Origin: an uncultured bacterium
GTDB lineage: Bacteria; Bacillota_I; Bacilli_A; RFN20; CAG-826
Direction: 5' to 3'
Length of the DNA stretch: 64,000 bases
NCBI GenBank assembly: GCA_949291375.1
Contig: CASEVI010000003.1
Location: forward strand, 14,224 to 78,223
Part shown: one piece after another, positions 18,935-29,133 of the stretch
Numbering within the stretch: position 1 is the first letter of the stretch
Layout: each line of letters begins with the position of its first letter
Translations under genes and position numbers: made by a program
Notes under the pieces: model-generated
What the model was told of the DNA's origin: nothing
Seen by the model: the letters and a program-made list of their open reading frames with translations, nothing else
The model's database searches: none

Positions 18935-19567
18935 CTAGGCGTTAAAAATGTCCTCTACAAATTGTTGTGTATGAAAATCATAATTTCCATAATCTGGCAA
19001 AGTATTGATAATTGAAGTTGCTACATTTTCTCTTAAATAGGAAACATTTTGATCAATTCCACTATAAAGAAGAGCGCAAGCATATTGTGAGCAAGAGTAA
19101 GCAACTTGGTCGCTTATTCCATAATCTTTTAATTCGATTTCATTAGCTGTGCTGTCAAGAATAGGTATTTGTCTTATAACTTCGAAATTAACTTCGCTGT
19201 TAGTAATGCTTTTAACGAAATATTCTCCGTTAGATTGACCTTTAGTAAAATATAAATTCAAATAGCCTTTATATTTATTATTTCTATCGTAAATATTTTG
19301 ATAAGAATTAAAAACTTCATTTACATCAATTCCTAAATTGTAATAATTGTCCTCACTTTTTTCAAAAGTCATAACAACTGGAGAAACTTTATTTAAAGTA
19401 TAGACCAATGAAAATGCACGATTTAATGTTGTATAAACATTAAGAACAAAAGTTGCTAAATCAACATCAGTTAAATACGAGCCATCTTCAATTTTTTCTT
19501 TTGAGATTTCTCTATCAAACCACTCACAACTCTTAATTGTTTGATAAACCAAGTTAATTAATTTCAT
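18935..19567 (-). CDS. hypothetical structural protein (210 aa), possible head-tail adaptor
   Basis: Position after the capsid gene. Confidence 0.5.
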   Translation of the reverse strand: MKLINLVYQTIKSCEWFDREISKEKIEDGSYLTDVDLATFVLNVYTTLNRAFSLVYTLNKVSPVVMTFEKSEDNYYNLGIDVNEVFNSYQNIYDRNNKYKGYLNLYFTKGQSNGEYFVKSITNSEVNFEVIRQIPILDSTANEIELKDYGISDQVAYSCSQYACALLYSGIDQNVSYLRENVATSIINTLPDYGNYDFHTQQFVEDIFNA

Positions 19568-19582
19568 TGTCTTACTCCTTAT

Positions 19583-19657
19583 TTTTTAAACTGGTTGCAG
19601 AGGTTGGAATTGAACCAACGACCTTACGCTAACGAAACGCAAATGCTACCACTACAC
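19583..19657 (-). tRNA. phage-encoded tRNA, anticodon probably CGU (Thr), with a C1xA72 mismatch
   Basis: Hand-folded cloverleaf: acceptor CGCAGAG/CTCTGCA, D-loop AGTGGTA, anticodon stem TGCGT/GCGTA with loop TTCGTTA, T-arm GTTGG-TTCAATT-CCAAC, then ACCA. Confidence 0.6.
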
Positions 19658-19708
19658 CACTCTGCGATATGGTCCCCTTTTTGAATAGAAGGGGAAAACT
19701 ATTAATTA

Positions 19709-19897
19709 CTATCTTTCAGCAATTTTGGTAACTCTACCTTGTAAATTTCCTTTTTTGAGAACTTCGTAATGTTCTTCTGGAATCCAAACTGGTTGTCCAA
19801 CTTGGATAGTAATTCCTTTTAAATTGTGACTACAGAAAATTGTTTCTCTTTCATCACTTTCATCTTTTGTAATAATTACTTGAACTTCCTTTGCCAT
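19709..19897 (-). CDS. small protein (62 aa) downstream of the capsid gene
   Basis: ORF with start adjacent to the capsid stop. Confidence 0.45.
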   Translation of the reverse strand: MAKEVQVIITKDESDERETIFCSHNLKGITIQVGQPVWIPEEHYEVLKKGNLQGRVTKIAER

Positions 19898-19900
19898 TTA

Positions 19901-21208
19901 TTAATCTCCACCATCAGTAACGCCTTTAACTACAACAGTGAATGTTTGGTCAGTATAACCAGTCTTCTTTGCTGTAATTACAGATGTTCCATTAGCAACA
20001 CCAGTAACAACACCAGTTGAAGCGCCTACTGTTGCAACACCAGTTGTTCCAGATGACCAAGTAACAGAAGTTGTTACATCAGTTCCAGTTTCATCAAATG
20101 CTTTAAGATTTAATTTTGTTTTGCCTTTGATAACATTACCAGGAGCAACAATAGTTAACATCTTTGCACTTGATACTGGTGTTCCTCTAACACCATTTCT
20201 TTCAACTTTATTACCCATAGCAGTAATATTTCCGTAGTCATCATAACCACTATCAACAGTGTTAAATCCACTACCAGAAATTTCAACTCTAACTAAACAT
20301 TCTTCAGCAGTAAGCATTGCACCAATTCCTTTAAATTTAACACCAAATGAACCTATTTGATTTAATGGGTCGTCAGTTCCAGCAGAACCTAATGCTTTAG
20401 CAATAAATTCGCCATTTGAACCATCAGTCTTGATTAAACCAACTGGTGCTCTACCTTTACTATCAGCAATATAGAAAAGTGCATATCTTGCATTAGTTGA
20501 AATATCGCCAGTTGAACCATCAACTTGATACATATATTGAGAGTCATCTTCTTCAATTAAGACACCTTCAAATTTATGTAAGTTACCTTCCATAACAGAT
20601 TCGCCATTTGCTGGTAAATCTTGGAAGAGGTTAGCACCAGCAACATTGTATTTAAGTCTTAATGAAGCAATATCTTCTGGTGTTAAAATTGCTTTAACGA
20701 CAGCATTTTTATTGGTTGTAAATTTCTTTAAATTAATTCTAATTTTAATGAAATCTTCTCTTGTTAAACCAGTAGCGCAAGTAACAACATTGTTTCCATT
20801 GAACCAAGGTTTTGCAGCAACTTCATCTAAAACAAAGTTTGCTTGATGAACAATAGAATTTTTTAAATCATCTACAATGTTATCGAAACCAAAGGTCATA
20901 TCTTCATCAGTGTAATTTGAATAGAAACCTTTTGGTGTAACCTTTTGTGTTCTTTCAATGTAAGTTAATTTTCCAGTTGGATCTGGTTTAATACCTTCTA
21001 AAAGGTCGTATGCGTCTGCATTTTTTGGTTTTGGATAAACAACTGTTCTAAATGAAGCAGTTTTGTAAGGTGCTTGTAAATTTTTTGCATAACATCTACT
21101 TCTCCAAGAACCAATTTTTGGTTTAATTTCATTAAAAATTTGTCTTTCTACTAATTCTTTATTTTCAACAGTCCCAAAGTCTCCTAATAAGACTGTTCCT
21201 TTTGTCAT
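19901..21208 (-). CDS. major capsid protein with a C-terminal Ig-like (Big_2-type) domain
   Basis: Follows the scaffold gene; 435 aa; C-terminus TSVTWSSGTTGVATVGASTGVVTGVANGTSVITAKKTGYTDQTFTVVV is typical Big_2. Confidence 0.65.
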   Translation of the reverse strand: MTKGTVLLGDFGTVENKELVERQIFNEIKPKIGSWRSRCYAKNLQAPYKTASFRTVVYPKPKNADAYDLLEGIKPDPTGKLTYIERTQKVTPKGFYSNYTDEDMTFGFDNIVDDLKNSIVHQANFVLDEVAAKPWFNGNNVVTCATGLTREDFIKIRINLKKFTTNKNAVVKAILTPEDIASLRLKYNVAGANLFQDLPANGESVMEGNLHKFEGVLIEEDDSQYMYQVDGSTGDISTNARYALFYIADSKGRAPVGLIKTDGSNGEFIAKALGSAGTDDPLNQIGSFGVKFKGIGAMLTAEECLVRVEISGSGFNTVDSGYDDYGNITAMGNKVERNGVRGTPVSSAKMLTIVAPGNVIKGKTKLNLKAFDETGTDVTTSVTWSSGTTGVATVGASTGVVTGVANGTSVITAKKTGYTDQTFTVVVKGVTDGGD

Positions 21209-21237
21209 ATCTGTTGGCGTTCAATAATCTCCTTTAA

Positions 21238-21909
21238 CTATAAATTCTTTGGAAAGTGTTTTTCATATTCTTTTGCGACTTCTTCATCGCTCATATCTTT
21301 AACACTTTTCTTTGCTGTTTCTCCTTTTCCTTGAGATGTTGGTGTAGAAATATCTTGTGTTGGCTTATATTTGTTAGTTAATTTAACAAATCCTTCATAA
21401 ATTGAAATAATCGAACTTTTTCCCCATTTACCATTTGCATAATCTTTGAAATCTTCATCGTTTTTGCTCATTTCAACAATGTTAATATCTGGGTATTTTT
21501 TCTTAAAATCTGATAGGTCTTTATTAGCCTTGATTTTTTGTTCTTCTTGTTCTTTTTCTTCAATACCTTTTTTTCTACGCATTTCAGCTGATAATCTTGC
21601 GTAACCTTTAATTGGGTCTTCGCCTTTTTCATCAAGTTTTTTCATTTCTTGATAAACTTCTAAATCGAAATCATCAACCATTTCATCCCCAGTGTAAGGA
21701 TTTACCTTTAAAGTCTCTCGAATTCCATCTTCATAAGTCTTTTTTTCGTTCTCTCTTCTTTTGCTAGCGAAATAAGAGTTAACTTTAGGACTTTGAGGTT
21801 TCTTTTCTTGAGTGACTTTAGTTTGTTGCTCCGTTTCATTATGATTTTCCTCTTCAAATTCTGGATTATCATTTTGATTTTCAGCAACATTTGTTTTTGT
21901 TTCTTCCAT
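21238..21909 (-). CDS. scaffolding protein (223 aa, E/K-rich)
   Basis: Highly charged, low-complexity, between the portal and capsid genes. Confidence 0.6.
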   Translation of the reverse strand: MEETKTNVAENQNDNPEFEEENHNETEQQTKVTQEKKPQSPKVNSYFASKRRENEKKTYEDGIRETLKVNPYTGDEMVDDFDLEVYQEMKKLDEKGEDPIKGYARLSAEMRRKKGIEEKEQEEQKIKANKDLSDFKKKYPDINIVEMSKNDEDFKDYANGKWGKSSIISIYEGFVKLTNKYKPTQDISTPTSQGKGETAKKSVKDMSDEEVAKEYEKHFPKNL

Positions 21910-22000
21910 TTGTTCTCCTTTCTCTTGGTTATGGAACTACCAAGCTATTTTTTCGCTGTTAGTTGCGATGAGATTTTTACGCTATTCTCTTGCGATTTAT

Positions 22001-24031
22001 TTATTCGACATAATTACTAGCGGAAGGCATCGAGACATTAGCTGAACTTTTTGCACCACTAGGATTATTCGATATAACCTTGTTTTGTGCCTTAATAATA
22101 TCGTTTTGAGCATTAATCTTATTAGTAAATTCTTTCTCAAGGTTCTTTGTATATTCACTTTGAATACCAAGTTTATTCTCTAACGAAGCAGTATATTGCG
22201 TAATTTGTTGCAATTGCTGTTGTGCTTGTTCAATAACTCTTGTAAGTTGAGAAATTTCATCTTTCTTTTGTCTTTCAATAATCGACTTGAAATTTGTTTT
22301 GAATGATGGTGGGATTAATGGATAAAGTTCAAAGAATAATTCTTTTGTATGTGTATCCATATTTTGCAAGCCACCACCAATTACAAGTTGGTTCATCATA
22401 TCAGCGACAACAATTTCGCTATAACGAGTGCCTCTTCCAGCTTCAACTGCAATATCGAAACTATCATCTCTAATATCACTAGGATTAAATTCTCTAACTT
22501 GTTCTCTCTTTGCTTCTGGATATTCCATAGGGTTTATATTTAAGCCATTTGCCCTATCTTGTTTAATTCTTACTACTCTTGCTAATTGCTCTTTTTTGAG
22601 TTCATCATCACTTAATTCGATTGTATATTCGATTTTTTGATAATAGAACTTATAGAACATTAAGCGAATATATGCTTTATCAACACAGAAATCCCAGAAT
22701 CTTCTTTGTGCTTGTTCTATACGAGTGTTTTTCTCTTCGTTAATAAGTTGAATTGCAACACCACTTAAATTCTTTGTTGTTGCAACTGAAGGAGAAATCT
22801 CATCTACGCCACTAATATTTCGAGTTCTTTGAATAAATATGTCGTTATAATTAACAACACTTGTATTCATTGGACTTCCTTCAAGTCTTTTAATTCCAAA
22901 ATCATTACCTTTGTGATGATCAACAAGCATTTGTCTAGGGTCATTTGTGATTTTTTGTCCCTTCAACGAGTCATCTTTAACGATTGTTTTTCCCATTCCA
23001 GAATTCATTGCATCAAGTAAGACCATTGAGTCTAATTGGTTAATGTATTTTTGATTTGGTATCATCTCTTCAATATCGCTTTTACCATAAATTGACCTTC
23101 TTAATGGTTTTGGACAATAAATAGCAAAAGGGTAAAGAGCAAATTTTGATTTAATTTTTTTATAATTTTCACTTGTAAGTAATTTTCTATCGTGGATATT
23201 AGCAGTTGTATCTTCTTTATCCATTTCTTTGTAATCTTCGATATTACTTTCATCTCCATTGTTTTCATTGATTGTAAGTTTTTTAGTCCTCAATCTTGGG
23301 TTCATTGGAATTGGATCAGTAATATCAACATCACGAGTAGACATTTGGAAATAAACTTCTCCATCAATTCTAAAAAAACGAGTAAATAAGACACATCTTT
23401 TAGAAGCAATATCAACATCACTTAAATCTGATAATTCTTGATAAGTATAACCATCTGGAACAATCATTTCTTTTTTCTTTTTGTCTTCTACAAGATCTCT
23501 AATTGCTCCAACACTTTCACTAGAGAAGAACATTACCCATTCTTGTTTTTGAATATCGCCGATTGTTGGATTTGCTACTCTAAAGAATTCTGGTTCAATA
23601 TGTTCCCCAGCAAGACCACCACTATATCTTCCATCAACAGTGGTATTGTCTTTATCCCAACGATAGTAATAGATTTCAGTTCCATAAATTAAGCCGTTAG
23701 AACAAGAAACATAATTTGCTTCATCTTCTTTTAGTCTATTTAAGTTATATTTATCGAAATTCGATAAATTAATTGTGCTTTTTGTATTATCAAAAATTGT
23801 GAAATTTAATGCGAAAGGTGTTCCACAAATTTTACTTGCTTTACTATCGACACTAAAACCACAGATATTAGTTACTGGCTTAGGCATATTAATATCGTTT
23901 TTTGCAGATTTAGGATATTGATCGCCATTATAAAAATCATACATTTTCTTCCAGTATGCACTAAAACCTTTTGAGTCAATAAAGTTTTGACTTTGTAAAT
24001 AGCATTGGTAATTTAATGTTTCTCTATTCAT
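22001..24031 (-). CDS. portal protein (676 aa)
   Basis: Size and position immediately downstream of the large terminase. Confidence 0.65.
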   Translation of the reverse strand: MNRETLNYQCYLQSQNFIDSKGFSAYWKKMYDFYNGDQYPKSAKNDINMPKPVTNICGFSVDSKASKICGTPFALNFTIFDNTKSTINLSNFDKYNLNRLKEDEANYVSCSNGLIYGTEIYYYRWDKDNTTVDGRYSGGLAGEHIEPEFFRVANPTIGDIQKQEWVMFFSSESVGAIRDLVEDKKKKEMIVPDGYTYQELSDLSDVDIASKRCVLFTRFFRIDGEVYFQMSTRDVDITDPIPMNPRLRTKKLTINENNGDESNIEDYKEMDKEDTTANIHDRKLLTSENYKKIKSKFALYPFAIYCPKPLRRSIYGKSDIEEMIPNQKYINQLDSMVLLDAMNSGMGKTIVKDDSLKGQKITNDPRQMLVDHHKGNDFGIKRLEGSPMNTSVVNYNDIFIQRTRNISGVDEISPSVATTKNLSGVAIQLINEEKNTRIEQAQRRFWDFCVDKAYIRLMFYKFYYQKIEYTIELSDDELKKEQLARVVRIKQDRANGLNINPMEYPEAKREQVREFNPSDIRDDSFDIAVEAGRGTRYSEIVVADMMNQLVIGGGLQNMDTHTKELFFELYPLIPPSFKTNFKSIIERQKKDEISQLTRVIEQAQQQLQQITQYTASLENKLGIQSEYTKNLEKEFTNKINAQNDIIKAQNKVISNNPSGAKSSANVSMPSASNYVE

Positions 24032-24278
24032 CGTTTAAGTGTTCTCCGTCTTGTGGACTTAAATAGTCAACTGTTTCATTTCTTCTTTGCAAAATATAAT
24101 CAAGTCTTCCCTTACAAATATCTAAATCATTTCTCAACTTTTGGTTTTCTTCTTTTAAGGACTTAATTTCTTTAAGCAATAACAAATCATCTTCTTTTAA
24201 GTTTAAAAGTGCTAACACTCTACCTAGTGAATTAGCCATTTTAATATCTCTTCGCTTTAAACTTGTTAATCTGCCCAT
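24024..24278 (-). CDS. small coiled-coil protein (84 aa)
   Basis: Overlaps the terL stop; leucine-rich heptads. Confidence 0.4.
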   Translation of the reverse strand: MGRLTSLKRRDIKMANSLGRVLALLNLKEDDLLLLKEIKSLKEENQKLRNDLDICKGRLDYILQRRNETVDYLSPQDGEHLNDE

Positions 24279-25993
24279 GTATAAATGTCCTCAATTTGAT
24301 TTTCATCTTCGTAATCTTTATCTAAATCGAGAGGGTCAAAGCCAATTTTTTTAACTAACATTTTATGTAAGTTATCTTCAACATCGGCTCTTTGTTGCTC
24401 TCTACCATAATAAGCAATTAATAATGCCATAACGCAGTCATCATGGCTCTTACCACTGCCCTTTGCTTTAACTCTTTCGCTGTTGGAACTTTCTTCATAA
24501 ACGAAGCTTTCCATTTGCGTAAGAGTTTCGAAATCGTAAATGTTTGTATAAGTTTTCTCTCTACAGATACCTACTGCAATATCAACCATTGTTTTTTTGT
24601 TATATCCAGTCTTTACACCATAGAGTTCATATAATGCCCCGCTAAATGAACTATCTTGAGCCTCACGAATATAAACATGGTTATAATTTGCTTTCATAAA
24701 GAACTTAACCATTGCGTCTGTTGTATTCGTTTCTGGAACAAGTAAAGCGTCATTATATTTCTTTGCAAGCAATATTGCTTTTGCTGAACTTATATCATTG
24801 TCTTCACCTTTGACCATATAAGTTGCTACTTGTTTTAATGTTGCATTGTCTATTACTTGGAAAACTGTATAATCGATACCTTTTCCTCTTGCTGGGTCAA
24901 TTCCAATAACATAAGGGTGTCCTTCTATTGGTCTTTCATAAACCTTCAAATTTCCGACCTTCGTTTTTCTAAATTCCACATTTTCGATTTTATAATCTGT
25001 GAAACTACCTTTAATATCGAAATAGAAATCTCCTTGTAAATAATGAACATTTTCACTAACAAATTGCTTTCTAATTGCGATAGCCTCATTATCAAAAACC
25101 GAATTACCAGTAGAGATAAAGGCATCCATTGGAATTGTTGGATTTTCTTGCTTCATTAAGTTTAAATCTTTCTTTAACTCGACCCATTTAACTCTCCACC
25201 AAGCCATTTGCTCATCACTTAAGTGATAATCTTTTTGCAACTTTTCTTCATAAGGTGTTTTTGTAAAACCATCATAAGGAAGTTCATTTCCCTTTTTCAT
25301 AAACCAAGGATAAAAGAAAGATTTCCATATACCTTGTTTTGAAACTCCTAGATCGTAATAGTCTTTAAAACTATTAAAACCATTTGCTGTGGATTCTATA
25401 AACACCATATTTTCAAGGTTGCCCATATAGACCGATTGGAGAATTGCAGTTAAAGTTCCATCTAAATCATCATAGAAACCAGCCTCGGATAAATGCACAT
25501 AATTAATAGTCGCACCTCTACCAACACCATCGCCTTGAGTTAAAACTCTTATTGATGATCCAGTAGATTGAGATTGGATTTCTCTTCTATTATCAGCACT
25601 TAACTTTGTCTTTAATGCTTCTGGAAGGTTATCATAAAACCTCTTATACATCTTAAAGATTTCGCCAGTGCTTTCTGTTTTATGAGCAATAATAACCGCC
25701 TTACGATTTGATTGAAACATTGTTAAAACAAAAATTAAAGAAGCGATAAAGGTTGTAAATCCAAGTTGTCTAGCTTTTAAAATAACAAACCTAATAGGTT
25801 TCTTATTCTTAACACATTTACAAATTTCAAAGAGCAATTCATTTTGTGCTTCATTAAGTTCCAAGGTATGCGTGGCTGAAGTTTCATCAACAATGTAGAT
25901 AAAATTTTTCAGCCACTTTTTAAATGAATAAAGTTTGGAACCTAACGAGAAATATAAATCCGTGCAATCTTCGTTAGTCCTTATCATTTCCAA
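24266..25993 (-). CDS. terminase large subunit
   Basis: 575 aa; Walker-A-like VILKARQLGFTT; nuclease-type C-terminal half. Confidence 0.8.
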   Translation of the reverse strand: MEMIRTNEDCTDLYFSLGSKLYSFKKWLKNFIYIVDETSATHTLELNEAQNELLFEICKCVKNKKPIRFVILKARQLGFTTFIASLIFVLTMFQSNRKAVIIAHKTESTGEIFKMYKRFYDNLPEALKTKLSADNRREIQSQSTGSSIRVLTQGDGVGRGATINYVHLSEAGFYDDLDGTLTAILQSVYMGNLENMVFIESTANGFNSFKDYYDLGVSKQGIWKSFFYPWFMKKGNELPYDGFTKTPYEEKLQKDYHLSDEQMAWWRVKWVELKKDLNLMKQENPTIPMDAFISTGNSVFDNEAIAIRKQFVSENVHYLQGDFYFDIKGSFTDYKIENVEFRKTKVGNLKVYERPIEGHPYVIGIDPARGKGIDYTVFQVIDNATLKQVATYMVKGEDNDISSAKAILLAKKYNDALLVPETNTTDAMVKFFMKANYNHVYIREAQDSSFSGALYELYGVKTGYNKKTMVDIAVGICREKTYTNIYDFETLTQMESFVYEESSNSERVKAKGSGKSHDDCVMALLIAYYGREQQRADVEDNLHKMLVKKIGFDPLDLDKDYEDENQIEDIYTWAD

Positions 25994-26252
25994 CCTCTGC
26001 TTGTTTTAAAATAACTTCAAGAGAAAGTGTCCCACTGATTTCCTTCCTTTCGACATCTTCTCCAGCGATCTTTTGAAGTTCGATTAAAGATGATGTTTTA
26101 GGTCTCTCTAAAACTTTAGCAACACCAACACGAGCAATATATTCTGCCGTGGTATATTTGCTTAAGTCTTCATCTAAAGGAATCTCTCTTGTAGTATCTG
26201 CTGGTTGGGCTAATAATTCCTTGGTTGCTTCAGTGATAGTTTTATACTTCAT
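25974..26252 (-). CDS. candidate terminase small subunit (92 aa)
   Basis: Overlaps the terL start by 20 nt; first gene after the control region. Confidence 0.45.
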   Translation of the reverse strand: MKYKTITEATKELLAQPADTTREIPLDEDLSKYTTAEYIARVGVAKVLERPKTSSLIELQKIAGEDVERKEISGTLSLEVILKQAEVGNDKD

Positions 26253-27019
26253 ACTTTTGCACTAATACAAGAGAGTTTATTTGTCAAGTGGGAAATATTT
26301 TAAATTGACAACAGTAAGAATTGAAAAATTAGGAAAAATTGTAATGGGACTAAATTTATATAATTGTGCCCCCTAGTCATTTTAGGATAGGGGTGGGGGT
26401 GTATAAAGACATGATAAAAATCCCTATATTATGGGCTTAATAATCATTAATATTGACTATATTTTCACATAAAAATGGACATTAATATATAAAAAATGCG
26501 ATAAATACCGATATGTTGGTATTCTTAAAAGAATATTAACCACTAATTATAATTTTGATTTTTTATTTTAATTGTATTTATTTAACAATTGACTATTTAT
26601 TATAACAATAAAAATATAGTTTCTTTTTAATATAACTATTTTTTAATATAACTATAATTATTAATACATATTTTATTTTTATCTTAAATAAGAATATTTT
26701 CGTTTTAATTATATTTACATCTAATTTAACTAATTCATTTTATTAATTATATAAATTTAATTTATTAAATATGTCTTAATTATAACAATAATATATAAAA
26801 TAATTATTAGTTATAACTTATATTATTCGGTTTATTTATAATTTGATTGTTAATTATAACGTTTAGTAATGAGAAAAAATTTTTAATTGACTATTTTAAT
26901 ACCGAAAATTTTTACACTGTCAAAAAAGTAAAGAGTAATTAGTATAAGGGTGAAAGTTAAGTTTTCAAGCTTTCCTTACTTGGACACTTAGAGCCAAGAA
27001 GATTTGGGGGTTATAAACC
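26253..27019. promoter_or_regulatory. 767-bp AT-rich divergent control region with a G-rich palindrome and repeated TTATAAC / TAATATAACTAT motifs
   Basis: CCCCTA-12nt-TAGGGGTGGGGGTG at 26381-26403; direct repeat taatataactat x2 at 26626-26660; four ATTATAAC-like copies at 26598-26860. Confidence 0.6.
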
Positions 27020-27499
27020 ATGAAAGAAAACAAAAATGGCACAATTACATTAACAAAAGCCGAATTATTAGAATTTATTCAAGAGAGTATTAAAAAACAA
27101 ACTAGCAAACAACAACCACTTTTTAGCCAAGAAGACATAATCAAAAACGCTAAAAAAAATTACATCAAGTTTTTAACAAGTCAAAACTTTCAAGTAGCAA
27201 GTTATAACGACTTATTTACATTACTTGAAAATAAAGTCTTAAATAGCAAAAAGTTTTGCGGTGTTGAAAAAGACATGTTAGACATTGTTAATTATGCTTT
27301 AAAAAACGATTACAAAGCACTTTTAGATGGTGCAAAAAAAGATTTTGTTAAACATTGTCGCTATCAAGTTTCTTTTAAGAAACTAGATAAAGAGCAATGG
27401 TTAGCAATAGATAACAACAATGTTTGTTATATCAAGCAAGTTAAAGACAATAAAGTCAAAATCATCGAAAAATCAATAAATGATTTCTTAGGGGCTTAA
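27020..27499 (+). CDS. hypothetical early protein (159 aa)
   Basis: ORF with GGGGG RBS. Confidence 0.55.
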   Translation: MKENKNGTITLTKAELLEFIQESIKKQTSKQQPLFSQEDIIKNAKKNYIKFLTSQNFQVASYNDLFTLLENKVLNSKKFCGVEKDMLDIVNYALKNDYKALLDGAKKDFVKHCRYQVSFKKLDKEQWLAIDNNNVCYIKQVKDNKVKIIEKSINDFLGA

Positions 27500-27501
27500 C
27501 T

Positions 27502-27627
27502 ATGAAAAAATATTACATTACTTTACACGGCATAAAAATAGCCGTTTATGATACATATAATCAAGCAATTGAAAGTTTAAAATATTTTCAAGAGATTAAC
27601 AAAAATTATCAATTAAAAGCACTATAA
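27502..27627 (+). CDS. small ORF (41 aa) followed by a terminator
   Basis: ATG 2 nt after the upstream stop; terminator AAGCACT-ataaaa-AGTGCTTTTTTT at 27609-27636. Confidence 0.25.
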   Translation: MKKYYITLHGIKIAVYDTYNQAIESLKYFQEINKNYQLKAL

Positions 27628-27824
27628 AAAGTGCTTTTTTTATATGTTGTTTTAATTTTAAAGTGCTTGTTAAATTACAAGTGCTTTTTATTTAGCGTTT
27701 AAACGCTTAAATTTAAACGATTTTATTAATGGTGCTATATTTATACCATTTTTTAGTTTTTGTTTAAATATGAGCATTTAAAACGCATTTATGAACGTTT
27801 CTTAAAATTATGGGGGTTTAAAAA

Positions 27825-28802
27825 ATGAAAGACAAGAAACAACTAAAAATTTTTAACATGATTAATGACCAGATTTTAGAGTGCTTAAAAAATGATAGAT
27901 TTCCAGGCATTGCACCAAGTATCAAACTACAAGATAGTTATTTTGATTTTGCATTTAACTATTTTAGTGAAAGACCATACACGGGCGTGAATAAGATATT
28001 TTTAAAGCCTGGTGCTTATGTTTGTTTTAGTCAATTAAAAGAACACGGCTTAAAACTTAAAGAAACACACCAAACATATAGAGCTTTTCAATCATGGTTC
28101 AAGACATGGTTAAAAATAAAAACGGAAGATGGCGAGCAAATAATACCAAAAGACATCTATGAAAAAAACGGTATGCAAAACGAAATCATAGACACGTTAA
28201 TTAGTTGCACATATTCATACCAAATCGTTTTTAACATCGAAGATATTGAAAATCTTCCAGAAAGAAAACTAAAGACGGGCAAAAAGACACCATTCGTTTT
28301 AGTTGAAAGTAGCGAGAATAGAAATCCACTCTGCGATTTATTCTTAAATGCATACGTTAAACGAGAAAAGATAAACGTATATAAGGGCGAAAATTCTTAC
28401 TATGACCCTAAACACGATGAAATCACATTGAAAGATTTCACAACATTTAAAAATGCAAACGAATTTTATGAACAATACTTTCATGAGTGCGCTCATTCAA
28501 CAGGTGCTTATACACGACTTAATAGAAAGTCAATTGTTGAAAGTCAAGCACGATTTGGAAGTGGCGAATATAACCTAGAAGAAATTGTCGCAGAAACATG
28601 CGCAATGTATTCGCTTAAAGAAATGGGAATGCTCACAAATGCACAAGTAAATAATTGCATTGCTTATATCAAAGGCTATTGGCAAACCGAAGAGGCTCAA
28701 AAAGAAATCAAGAAAGACCCTAGCGTATTAGCAAAAGCATTAACAAATGCAGAAAGAGCATTTAATTACATTTTCAAAAAGGAGCGTTATGCAAAAGATT
28801 AA
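27825..28802 (+). CDS. ArdC-like anti-restriction protein (N-terminal ssDNA-binding region plus C-terminal zincin-like HExxH)
   Basis: C-terminus YFHECAHSTGAYTRLNRK...EYNLEEIVAETCAMYSLKEMGM matches the ArdC motif HE.AHSTGH..RLNR; N-terminus ERPYTGVNKIFL. Confidence 0.7.
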   Translation: MKDKKQLKIFNMINDQILECLKNDRFPGIAPSIKLQDSYFDFAFNYFSERPYTGVNKIFLKPGAYVCFSQLKEHGLKLKETHQTYRAFQSWFKTWLKIKTEDGEQIIPKDIYEKNGMQNEIIDTLISCTYSYQIVFNIEDIENLPERKLKTGKKTPFVLVESSENRNPLCDLFLNAYVKREKINVYKGENSYYDPKHDEITLKDFTTFKNANEFYEQYFHECAHSTGAYTRLNRKSIVESQARFGSGEYNLEEIVAETCAMYSLKEMGMLTNAQVNNCIAYIKGYWQTEEAQKEIKKDPSVLAKALTNAERAFNYIFKKERYAKD

Positions 28803-29013
28803 AGATGTGAAAAGAAAAATTCGTGTTTATTTATATAATCGCAAAAAGAAAAAATGTGAGTTAAATGATTTAACTCAAAGACAATACAAAAAATATTCAA
28901 AGCAAGGTGTCGTAATTAGTAAATACGAGCCTACTTGTGAAACTTTTTTAATGGATACAAACGATAAATTTTTACTAGATAATTACGACAAATATGGGAG
29001 GAAAAAACAATGA
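28789..29013 (+). CDS. small basic protein (74 aa)
   Basis: AAGGAG RBS before the ATG at 28789. Confidence 0.45.
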   Translation: MQKIKDVKRKIRVYLYNRKKKKCELNDLTQRQYKKYSKQGVVISKYEPTCETFLMDTNDKFLLDNYDKYGRKKQ

Positions 29014-29037
29014 ATATCGTAATGGTTTATAACAAGA

Positions 29038-29068
29038 AAACGGGCAAAAAAAAGCCCGTTTTAATTAA
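29038..29068 (+). terminator. rho-independent terminator
   Basis: AAACGGGC-aaaaaaaa-GCCCGTTT followed by TTAATT. Confidence 0.65.
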
Positions 29069-29133
29069 GTCTTTACACGATTATTTACGTGTTGAAAGAA
29101 ATAGAAATTTAATAATTTTAAGGGGCAATTAAT

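Noticed and set aside
21708-23692. Short ORFs nested in the scaffold and portal genes (21708..21890, 21793..22020, 22349.., 22428.., 22829.., 23192.., 23438..)
   Set aside because: They overlap long, better-supported ORFs on the opposite strand or in another frame.
29016-29090. 40-aa ORF (MNIVMVYNKKTGKKKPVLIK...)
   Set aside because: It contains a perfect terminator hairpin AAACGGGC-A8-GCCCGTTT, so it is more likely a non-coding terminator than a gene.
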